Source of the DNA: an uncultured Thermococci archaeon
Lineage (GTDB): Archaea > CAYQAE01 > CAYVLA01
Reading direction: 5' to 3'
Length of the DNA: 34,947 bases
Assembly: GCA_964549615.1 (NCBI GenBank)
Contig: CAZJVP010000067.1
Location: 1 to 34,947 of the forward strand
The notes below the pieces were generated by a model. It saw only the letters and a list, made by a program, of their open reading frames with translations. It searched no databases and was not told where the DNA came from. Below are positions 1 to 7,717 of the stretch, piece by piece (within the stretch, counting starts at the first letter, position 1; every line of letters begins with the position of its first letter). Made by a program: the position numbers and the translations under genes.

Positions 1-2
1 AG

Positions 3-94
3 TGGGGCCGCCCGGATTTGAACCGGAGTCGCCAGCACCCCAGTCCAGCCGACGCCGGAAGCTGGAAGGATGGACCAGGCTACCCTACGGCCCC
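3..94 (-). tRNA. tRNA-Pro(GGG) with a 17-nt intron at position 32/33 (intron = 43..59)
   Basis: The reverse complement reads GGGGCCG-TA-GGGTAGCCTGGTCCATCCT-T-CCAGC-T-[TCCGGCGTCGGCTGGAC]-TGGGGT-GCTGG-CGAC-TCCGG-TTCAAAT-CCGGG-CGGCCCC-A. Acceptor stem GGGGCCG/CGGCCCC, T-loop TTCAAAT, anticodon stem CCAGC/GCTGG. Removing the bracketed 17 nt gives the 7-nt loop TT-GGG-GT. CCA is not encoded (next bases are CT). Confidence 0.93.
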
Positions 95-124
95 GAGAAA
101 CTAGGCCAAGGTGATCTGGAGCTC

Positions 125-131
125 TATTAAA
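125..131 (-). promoter_or_regulatory. Archaeal TATA box (TTTAATA) for tRNA-Pro
   Basis: TTTAATA on the minus strand about 31 nt upstream of the mature tRNA 5' end, preceded by purine-rich TAGAAATGA (BRE-like). Confidence 0.6.
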
Positions 132-317
132 TCATTTCTAGTCCCGTAGATTCCCCAGGCCACGAGCCATTGAGGACTCGTCGCAACGTGGGCAAGCGGA
201 ATTCGCGAAGATTGGCCTGCGCATTGCCCCAACTTCAGCAGTCTCCGGAAAGAACTGCGCCGCCTCCCGGGCCCTCAGTCGCGATACTTTTCAGCTTGGA
301 GACCGTCCCGCGATGCG

Positions 318-764
318 ATGCACGAACTCTCGGCTGCCATCTCCATCGTCCAAACCCTCCTCAAGGTAGCAAGGGAGAGGTCCGTCCGGAAGATCAAGGC
401 GGTCAGGCTTGAGGTAGGCGATCTCACCCTCCTGAATCCCGACCAGCTTAGGTTCTGTTTCGAGGTGGCGGCCCGAGGAACTTTGGCCGAAGGCGCGGAG
501 TTGAGGATAGAGAGGAAACCTACTGTCCTTCGATGTCAGAAATGCAACCGGGTTTTCGAGTGGGCGCCTGAGGAAGACCCCCTCTCGCACCTGCTCCCTT
601 TGCGGCTGGCATGCACGTGCCGGAGCACGGATGTGAAGGTCGAATCCGGCCGCGAACTGCGCGTGGTAAGCATGACGGCCGAGAAGGCGGCTAGGCAAGC
701 GCATCGAGGGAAAGGGCACGGAGGAGGTCCTCGAGTCCCTGTCCGGTCCGGGCGCTCGTCTTGA
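318..764 (+). CDS. hypA: Hydrogenase/urease nickel metallochaperone HypA
   Basis: N-terminal MHE Ni-binding motif; V-L-VG-L---P-QL-F-F---A-GT--EGA-L; CQKC and CTC Zn ligands; C-terminal SGREL-V. Confidence 0.93.
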   Translation: MHELSAAISIVQTLLKVARERSVRKIKAVRLEVGDLTLLNPDQLRFCFEVAARGTLAEGAELRIERKPTVLRCQKCNRVFEWAPEEDPLSHLLPLRLACTCRSTDVKVESGRELRVVSMTAEKAARQAHRGKGHGGGPRVPVRSGRSS

Positions 765-1557
765 CGGCGATGGCCCTTGGGTTTACCGATGCGATATCAC
801 GCTCAAGTTTCCCCACGTCCGTGCCAAAGATCTCGGCCATGTCGATCTTGTTGATCGCGACGACATCGGCATCCCGGAACATCATCGGGTGCTTGACGAC
901 CATTCCCTCTCCCTCCGTGACCGAGATGACCACCACCCTTTTGCTGGCCCCAAGGTCAAACTCCGCGGGGCATATGAGGTTCCCGACGTTCTCGATGAAA
1001 AGCACGCCTATCCTGGATAGGTCGATCCTCTCCAGGGCCCGCCTCACCAGATTCGCGTCGAGGTGGCACTCCTTGCCCGTGTTTATCTGGACCGTCACGG
1101 CCCCCTTCTGTCTGACCCTGTCCGCGTCGATGCTTGTGGCAACATCCCCTCCAAGCATGCCACACTTGACCTTTCTGCCCAGCCTTTCAACGATCAGGGC
1201 GATGAGGCTCGTCTTCCCCGACCCAATGGCCCCCATCACGTCGATGGCCACGACCCCGTGCTTTGAGAGGAGGGCTCGATTGGCTTCGGCAATCTTCCTG
1301 TTGGCCTCGAGCAGATCCTCCTCGATCTCCACATCCAGCATCTCCCCCACCTCAGCCTGGATAGGTTCGAAGCCGGTCGGGGCCGAGAGGGCTCTCTCGA
1401 TGTGGAATAGTGATCTCTCCAGGAGCTTGGACGCGGCGAGCAGATCAGGTTGGGCCCTTTGATCCTCATCTCTGGACAGACCAGCCAGCCTCTCCTTTTC
1501 GCGCCTGATGCGACGGGCGACTGAGCGAAGCTCGTTTTCGGCCATGGGCATCCGCAT
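691..1557 (-). CDS. hypB: Hydrogenase nickel incorporation GTPase HypB
   Basis: GAIGSGKT P-loop, ECHLDA, ENVGNLICPAEFDLG, SVTEG, NKID. The ATG at 1557 sits 1 nt after the aor stop; an alternative start at 1341 has GAGGTG upstream. Confidence 0.95.
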   Translation of the reverse strand: MRMPMAENELRSVARRIRREKERLAGLSRDEDQRAQPDLLAASKLLERSLFHIERALSAPTGFEPIQAEVGEMLDVEIEEDLLEANRKIAEANRALLSKHGVVAIDVMGAIGSGKTSLIALIVERLGRKVKCGMLGGDVATSIDADRVRQKGAVTVQINTGKECHLDANLVRRALERIDLSRIGVLFIENVGNLICPAEFDLGASKRVVVISVTEGEGMVVKHPMMFRDADVVAINKIDMAEIFGTDVGKLERDIASVNPRAIAVKTSARTGQGLEDLLRALSLDALA

Positions 1558-1558
1558 C

Positions 1559-3364
1559 CTAGATCTTCACGAAGTCAAGCCCCAGCTCGTCCAGCGTCTT
1601 CCTGGTGGGAATGCCGTTTGAGTCCCATCCCCTGACCGCGTAGTAGCTGTCCAGCATCTCCTCCAGCTTCACAGTCACTCCCCGTGACCCGCCTTTCAGC
1701 AGGGGCTCCTTGATGAACCGATCGGGCAGGCGGTCATCGCGCCGGTCGAAGCCCTCGCGCACGTTGAAGGCCCTCTCGAGAGAGTACACGCGCTCGCCGA
1801 TAGTCATGATATCCTCTTGATTGTACTCGACACCGGTGACGGCCTTGAGGAGGCGCGCAAGGTACTCCTGGTTCACGTTGTAGCCCAGGAACTTGCACAC
1901 GACCAGCGAATCCATGGCGGCATATAGGTCCTGCCCACGAACAAGCAGGTCGGCCTTGCCTGACCAGCTGAACCTATCGATCAGTTTGGGGACGCCAAGT
2001 ACTTCCCAGCCAATCATGTAGCCGCGCAGGTGGCATCCGCCGCGGTTGGAGGTCGCATAGGCCAGCCCCATCCCCTGCGAGCCCCTAGGATCGTACGCTG
2101 GAAGCTCCAACCCCTTGACGCTCATCGAGTACTGCCCCGCCCCGTATCGCTCGGCGAAGCGTTTCGACCCCTCCCCGAGCTCCAGGCCAAGCCCCTCCCG
2201 GCACGCGATCTGCGGAATGAGGGCCTTCAGCTTCTGGCCGTCGCCGAACTCGACCTTCTCCTTGAGTATGCCCCGCTGGGAGAGCTCCATCGCACAGCCG
2301 ATGGTGACCCCGGTCGAGATCGTGTCCAATCCATAGTCGTTGCACAGGTAGTTTGCCTCTGCCACCGTCTCCAGATCGAAGACTCCACACTCGGGCCCCA
2401 GCGCGAATGCTGTCTCATACTCGGGGCCGTCTCCCGATGCCCTGGAGGTGGCCGTCTTTCTACCACAGCCTATCGGGCAGCCGAAACACGCGCTCCGCCT
2501 CTTGAGTATCTTTTCGGTCACCGACTCCCCCGAAACGTCGTCGGCCTTTTCGGAGAAGCCCTCCTGGAAGTTGCGGACCGGGAGAAGGCCGTGCGAGTTG
2601 ATGACGTTCATGAGCACGTTCGTGCCGAACTTGGGCAAAGCACGCGACGTGATGGGGCTCTCGTCAAGCTTCTTCTTCGTCTCCGCAACATAGAACTTGA
2701 GCGACTCCGGATCCGCAACCTCTACCCTGGCGGACCCTCTTACGAGGATGGCCTTGAGGTTCTTTGATCCCATGACCGCTCCGACCCCGCCCCTCGCTGC
2801 TACCCCGCCTCTACCCCCATCACCCCTCTTGTCGAACATTATCGAAGAAATGAGGACAAGCCTTTCCCCCGCGGGGCCAATGCATGCAACCCGAAATTCC
2901 CTGCCACCGTATCCAGCAAGGGTTTGGGTAGCCTCGTGGACCCTCATTCCCCAGTAGTCGCTGCCGTCCTTAATGTCGACCGCATCCTCCTCGATCACCA
3001 AGAGGCATGGCTTTTCAGCCCTCCCCTCAATGACTAATGCGTCGTAGCCGGCCCTCTTCAGTTCAGGGCCCCAGCTTCCTCCCGCGTTGGCATCGAGTAT
3101 CGTGTTTGTGAGGGGCGACTTGGTCGAGACGCTCATCCTGCCCGAGGTGGGAACGGCCGTACCTGTCACAGGTCCCGTGGCGAAAATGAGCTTGTTCCCG
3201 GGGCTGAGGGGATCCAGGCCGGGTCTCAGCTCCTCGTAAAGCATTCTTGCGGCGAGCCCGCGCCCACCGAGAAACTTCTGCAGGTCAGAGCGCCGGGGAA
3301 CCTCCCTGGAGATTCTGCCCGAAGTAAGATCAACCCTGAGAATCGAGTTCATCCAGCCGTGCGT
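1559..3364 (-). CDS. aor: Tungsten-dependent aldehyde:ferredoxin oxidoreductase family protein
   Basis: LGGRG, KSPLT, GPAGE, RGGVGAVMGSKNLKAI, CFGCPIGC (4Fe-4S), GPEYET, DTIS, YDPRG, RGGCH, DDRLP-RF. The start is uncertain: ACG at 3364 by SD spacing, ATG at 3352, or GTG at 3433 from the ORF track. Confidence 0.95.
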   Translation of the reverse strand, partial: THGWMNSILRVDLTSGRISREVPRRSDLQKFLGGRGLAARMLYEELRPGLDPLSPGNKLIFATGPVTGTAVPTSGRMSVSTKSPLTNTILDANAGGSWGPELKRAGYDALVIEGRAEKPCLLVIEEDAVDIKDGSDYWGMRVHEATQTLAGYGGREFRVACIGPAGERLVLISSIMFDKRGDGGRGGVAARGGVGAVMGSKNLKAILVRGSARVEVADPESLKFYVAETKKKLDESPITSRALPKFGTNVLMNVINSHGLLPVRNFQEGFSEKADDVSGESVTEKILKRRSACFGCPIGCGRKTATSRASGDGPEYETAFALGPECGVFDLETVAEANYLCNDYGLDTISTGVTIGCAMELSQRGILKEKVEFGDGQKLKALIPQIACREGLGLELGEGSKRFAERYGAGQYSMSVKGLELPAYDPRGSQGMGLAYATSNRGGCHLRGYMIGWEVLGVPKLIDRFSWSGKADLLVRGQDLYAAMDSLVVCKFLGYNVNQEYLARLLKAVTGVEYNQEDIMTIGERVYSLERAFNVREGFDRRDDRLPDRFIKEPLLKGGSRGVTVKLEEMLDSYYAVRGWDSNGIPTRKTLDELGLDFVKI

Positions 3365-3504
3365 AGATTCACCGCCAAGTGACCCGTCCTCCGGACCCTT
3401 ATCCGCTTTAATGTTTCCACCGACACGGCTCACAAACCGCTTGCGATTTGGTTGTCGGAAACAGCTTTTAGGCGACGCCAGGGCCGTAAAGTGGGTGGGC
3501 TCGT

Positions 3505-3957
3505 TTGTTCAAGGGTGAAAAGTCCTATAGGTGGATTCTCGTCCTAGTTCTGGCCGCGGTTGTCTACAGCATCGTGATTGCGTTCATGCCCTGGGCAGGA
3601 TACGACGAGAGCGATCGTCTGGTCAAGGCGTCGGCCTACATCATGGTGGGAGCCGTGATCTTCGGAATCCTATTCGTGATGATCTACTTGCGCGGGCGGC
3701 TGCGCAGGACCGCGCCGGTCAAGGTTGCCGGCGAGCAGGTCTTGCCGCAGAAGCTCAAGTACGTATCCGAACCGGTGGGGCCCGGGAGGAAGATGGGTCC
3801 TCAGGCGGAGATGTCGAAACAGGACAGATGGGCAGATGGCAGTTGCAGGCAGGTTTTCGTCGGTGAGATCTGCACCTCCTGCATCCACCACAAGCGCAGG
3901 TACTACGGCAACTTCTGCAAACACTTCGGCATGGTGGTCGACAAGCCCCGCGCCTAA
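3505..3957 (+). CDS. Hypothetical membrane protein, 2 TM helices plus Cys/His-rich C-terminus
   Basis: Two hydrophobic segments (WILVLVLAAVVYSIVIAF; AYIMVGAVIFGILFVMIYL) and a C-terminal C-x8-CTSC-x-HH-x8-CKH. TTG start, divergent from aor. Confidence 0.75.
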   Translation: MFKGEKSYRWILVLVLAAVVYSIVIAFMPWAGYDESDRLVKASAYIMVGAVIFGILFVMIYLRGRLRRTAPVKVAGEQVLPQKLKYVSEPVGPGRKMGPQAEMSKQDRWADGSCRQVFVGEICTSCIHHKRRYYGNFCKHFGMVVDKPRA

Positions 3958-4038
3958 CTGGGATGGTTCCGAGAGCGCTGGGGAACCCAGGACCCCAGGA
4001 CAACAAGGTTAAAAGCGCGGCCGGCGATTCTGGCAGCC

Positions 4039-5967
4039 ATGCCGGGTGACACTCGTCTTCATGTCCTCGTCTCTCCGAGCTCGCCCGCTCCCGTTCGCTA
4101 TGCGGCATCGGAGCTGCGCAGATGCCTGATGAGGATGACGGGCAACACCGTCAAGCTGTCCGAATTTGGACCCGGCTCTCTGCGGGAATCGGAGGGGATC
4201 GTTGTGGGTGAGAGAGGCCTGTTCTCGGATCTTCTGGGGGATGAATGCCCTCACAACGATCTTGACGACGAGATACTCGTAACGCAAAGGGATGGCAACT
4301 GCCTTGTCACGGGCTCCAACCCTCGAAGCGTCCTTTTCGCAGCTTACGATCTCTTGGAGAAGCTGGGTGCACGCTGGGTAGCACCTGGCTACATGGGAGA
4401 GGTTCTTCCCGAGTCGGATTGCTCGGCGGTTTTTGAACAGGAGATAAGCGAGAAGGCCTCCTACCGCCACCGGGGCGTCTGCATAGAGGGAGCGCCGTCC
4501 CTTGAGCACGCGCTTGGTGTGATCGACTGGATGGCCAAACGGAAGATGAACACCTTCTTCCTACAGTTCAAGACCTCGATCTACTTTTGGAGAAACTATT
4601 ACCTCCGCGAGTACAACGAATCCTACGGCATTCGCCAAGAGATAGACGAGAAGCGCTCCCTGGAGATGGACGAGGAGGTCATTCGGGCCGCCAAGCTGAG
4701 GGGATTGTTGTTTCATAGAGTCGGGCATGGGTGGACGGCGGAGTCGATCGGATTCCCGGGCTTGGGCTGGTGGCAGGCAGATAGAGAGCCCGACGAAGAG
4801 ACCAGGAAACTGCTCGCCGAGGTGGGCGGCAAGAGGCAGTTCTTCGGCAACGTCCCGATAAACACCGAACTCTGTTACTCCAATCCGAAGGCGTTCGATG
4901 CCTTGGTCAGCGAGGTTGTGGACTATGCGAGAGCGCACCCCGAGGTGGATTGTCTGCACCTATGGCTGTCGGATGCCGCCAACAACTTCTGCGAATGCGA
5001 CTCATGCAGCAAGCTGACGCCATCCGACTGGTACGTTAGGATCGTTCGGACCGTCGCGGCAGAGATGAAGAAGCAGAGGCTGGCAACCAGGATCGTTTTC
5101 CTCTGTTACACAAACACTCTTTCGCCCCCTCAGGCGGAGGGGTTCTCGCGGGACAAGGACAGGCTCATCTACATGTTCGCCCCCATCTCTCGGTGCTACT
5201 CTCATGCACTGCTGGATCCCTCATGCTTTGGGCGCGGCCAGGCGGGCGGCTGGCCCCGAAATATGGTTCAAGCTCCCAGGACGAACGCGGAGTTCGTCAA
5301 GATACGTGGGTCGTGGTTGAAGGCCTTCGCGGGGGACGGGTTTGCCTTCGAGTACTATCTTTGGCAGCCATATCTTCGACACCTGAACCCCTTGGGCTTT
5401 GCGAGGCTGATAAACACGGACGTCAAGGGGCTTGCCTCAGTGGCGCTGAACGGCATGATCAGCTGCCAAGCGCTGAGGGCCTTCTATCCCATCGGGCTGC
5501 CCATGGCTTCCATGGCTGAGACCCTTTGGGACGCCAGCGTGGACCTTGGACGGATCGTGGACGAGACCCTTCGGGCTTGCTTCGAGGCAAACCACGAGTT
5601 CGTTCGCAAATACCTCGAGGAGGTCGACTGGCTCTTGAGGCCTAGCGAACGCAATCCACACGTGCCGCTGCTGCAGTCTGGGGATGCGGAAAGGATCCTT
5701 GAGCTGGGCCGATATGCTTCGGCGGCCGGGGCCAGAATGCAGGCCCTCAGGCCGGCCGACGAACGGGAGAAGCGCTACCTGAGCTTGCTGGAGCATTTCA
5801 ACCGCATCCTAGAAATGAGATCCAAGGCGTCCGCCTTGAAGGCGAGCGGCCAGGAAGAGGAAGCCGCACGATCGACGGCCGAATGTTCCCAGTTCCTGAG
5901 GGAGACCGAACGTCTCACCCATAGGTACCTCGACACTTGGCTCATGCTCCGCTCGATGAGGCCGTAG
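4039..5967 (+). CDS. DUF4838-domain protein (putative glycoside hydrolase-like)
   Basis: N-terminal YAA-EL---L--MTG ... G-N-RSVLFAAYDLLE-LG-RW--PG (GH20/GH67-type N-terminal domain); DWM-K-KMN; ELCYSNP; D--N-FCEC--C. TATA GTTAAAA about 25 nt before the ATG. No signal peptide. Confidence 0.8.
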   Translation: MPGDTRLHVLVSPSSPAPVRYAASELRRCLMRMTGNTVKLSEFGPGSLRESEGIVVGERGLFSDLLGDECPHNDLDDEILVTQRDGNCLVTGSNPRSVLFAAYDLLEKLGARWVAPGYMGEVLPESDCSAVFEQEISEKASYRHRGVCIEGAPSLEHALGVIDWMAKRKMNTFFLQFKTSIYFWRNYYLREYNESYGIRQEIDEKRSLEMDEEVIRAAKLRGLLFHRVGHGWTAESIGFPGLGWWQADREPDEETRKLLAEVGGKRQFFGNVPINTELCYSNPKAFDALVSEVVDYARAHPEVDCLHLWLSDAANNFCECDSCSKLTPSDWYVRIVRTVAAEMKKQRLATRIVFLCYTNTLSPPQAEGFSRDKDRLIYMFAPISRCYSHALLDPSCFGRGQAGGWPRNMVQAPRTNAEFVKIRGSWLKAFAGDGFAFEYYLWQPYLRHLNPLGFARLINTDVKGLASVALNGMISCQALRAFYPIGLPMASMAETLWDASVDLGRIVDETLRACFEANHEFVRKYLEEVDWLLRPSERNPHVPLLQSGDAERILELGRYASAAGARMQALRPADEREKRYLSLLEHFNRILEMRSKASALKASGQEEEAARSTAECSQFLRETERLTHRYLDTWLMLRSMRP

Positions 5968-6067
5968 CGGCGCCGCTGCCTGTTCCAGACGATGGTAAAA
6001 CAAAACGTTAGAAATAACAGCCGATTTCTACAAAATCACTATATTTTCGTAACAAGTATGGCGTCGC

Positions 6068-6247
6068 GTGGAATACAACGAGGACGAAGTAGTCTACAGC
6101 CTTCTTCAGCGAAAGAAGACCGAATACCAGGTTCGATGCCCAAGGTGCAAGCGCCTCTACAAGCGAGTCGAGCTAAACAACCACATCTTCCAGAAGCACA
6201 GGGCGTACTGGGACAAGCACAAGGTCTCCATAATGCTGAGGTACTGA
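6068..6247 (+). CDS. 59-aa C2H2 zinc-finger microprotein (absent from the ORF track)
   Basis: GTG..TGA translates to MEYNEDEVVYSLLQRKKTEYQVRCPRCKRLYKRVELNNHIFQKHRAYWDKHKVSIMLRY, motif C-x2-C-x11-H-x4-H. TATA-like CTATATTT at 6039-6046; fills an otherwise empty gap. Confidence 0.8.
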   Translation: MEYNEDEVVYSLLQRKKTEYQVRCPRCKRLYKRVELNNHIFQKHRAYWDKHKVSIMLRY

Positions 6248-6335
6248 GCCCAACCTACTTCTTGGCGGCCAATCTACCCTGTCTGAAGCTGCCACTGCTA
6301 ACCGGGGCCCAGTTCTGACAGCGGTCTGCCGGTCC

Positions 6336-7541
6336 CTAGGAAAGCTTCGGGCGCATGGATTCGTCAAATACGACGGGCACGGATCCCTTGGCGATGCTCA
6401 GCCTCACCGCCTCGTTGACTGCGGTGCCGATCAGCGCCTGTTCAGGAAGCGGCCTAATCTTCTTGAGCTTGCGCAGCATCCTCCTGCGGACGGCTTTGGC
6501 CTGGGCGCTCGAAAGCCCCCTAGTCCGGGCGTGGATCCTGAGGATATCGTCGATCGGCTGGACGATGCTGTCCGCACCGTAGCCCGCCCATTCGACCCTC
6601 TGGGGATCATCCCAGTCCGGATAGGGCTTGAAGAAGTAGGGGTTGTAGGTCTCAACGCCGCCCCTCGTGGTCACGAAGTTGCAGTTGCGGTTGGCGTGGT
6701 CGGCCGTGTAGGTGCCCTCGGTGCCCGTCAGCTGAAGCCCTTGATTGGTCAGGTTTGGGTTGGAATCCGGAAGCACCCACGAAGTCTGGACGAACAGGAC
6801 GGAGCCGCCCTCCCACTCGATCACGGCCTGTACGGCGTCGAAGGCGTCCTTCCCTTTCTGGGGCAGGAACTTCTTCTGCCCGAATGCAATGACCCGAACG
6901 GGCTTCAGGCCCGTGATGAAGTAGTACGCATCCACGTAGTGCACCCCGATGTACTCGAAGGGAGAGCTTTGTTCGCACCACCGCCCGAAGACCTCAAGCG
7001 GCATCTCCCGCCTCTCCTCTATCCACGCATGGCCGTGAAGCATCTCGCCAAGGTCGCCGCGCATGTACCTGTACTTCGCCGCCCTTATCGCCTTGTCGTG
7101 CCTCTTGTGGTAGTCGGTGTATACGTAGGCTGCCTCCTCAGAGGCTTTCCTGATTATCGCGTGCGCATCCGCGGTCTTTAGGCAGAGGGGCTTCTCGACG
7201 ATGCAGTCGAAGCCGTGCTCGATCGATCTCAGCACCACGTCGGTATGGAGATGGTCCGGAGTCGCAACCACGACCACGCCTGGCTCCCTCAGGTCGTCGA
7301 GGGCTTCCAAGTAGCAGTCAGGGTGGGACGACTCCGGGTCCGACTTCCTGGGGTCCGGATATCCCTCGAACCTCTCCTTCGGGAAGACCTCACGGAGATG
7401 CAGGATTGTGCTCGGCCGCCTCGTGGCGACCAGGACGCGATCGATCTTGCCCTTCCTTCGCTCCTGGAAAATCGTTGGAAGAATGACCTCCTCCGAGATC
7501 ATACCGCCGCCAACGAGAAGGATGTTCAGCTTGCCGTCCAT
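6336..7541 (-). CDS. Gfo/Idh/MocA family NAD(P)-dependent oxidoreductase
   Basis: ILLVGGGMIS Rossmann motif, VATPDHLH, VEKP, H-VD. TATA TTTATA about 25 nt upstream of ATG 7541 supports a leaderless start. Confidence 0.9.
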   Translation of the reverse strand: MDGKLNILLVGGGMISEEVILPTIFQERRKGKIDRVLVATRRPSTILHLREVFPKERFEGYPDPRKSDPESSHPDCYLEALDDLREPGVVVVATPDHLHTDVVLRSIEHGFDCIVEKPLCLKTADAHAIIRKASEEAAYVYTDYHKRHDKAIRAAKYRYMRGDLGEMLHGHAWIEERREMPLEVFGRWCEQSSPFEYIGVHYVDAYYFITGLKPVRVIAFGQKKFLPQKGKDAFDAVQAVIEWEGGSVLFVQTSWVLPDSNPNLTNQGLQLTGTEGTYTADHANRNCNFVTTRGGVETYNPYFFKPYPDWDDPQRVEWAGYGADSIVQPIDDILRIHARTRGLSSAQAKAVRRRMLRKLKKIRPLPEQALIGTAVNEAVRLSIAKGSVPVVFDESMRPKLS

Positions 7542-7717
7542 GAAGCACGGAGCGGACAGCATTCATATAAATCGCGTGGAAATGCGTTCCGCGGCTACGC
7601 GCCCACTAGGAAATGCCGATGCGGGGACTAAAGGGCCGGGCCTTCTTTCCAAGGGACGCCTAGACGATGCATAAGAATGGGTGCGGCGGCCCGGCGGGCG
7701 GGCTTCCGGTTGCCCCG

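Noticed and set aside
37-60. tRNA-Arg(CCG) with a canonical 37/38 intron
   Set aside because: No 4-bp BHB helix forms for that junction, and the acceptor stem, D-arm and discriminator are Pro-type. The 32/33 junction gives a clean BHB.
1-170. Integrated element or att site at the tRNA
   Set aside because: The tRNA 3' end points out of the window, no integrase is present, and I saw no duplicated tRNA fragment.
5992-6367. ORF-track ORFs 5992..6318 (+) and 6173..6367 (-)
   Set aside because: Neither has recognisable motifs. The overlapping frame 6068..6247 encodes a clear C2H2 motif with a well-placed TATA box.
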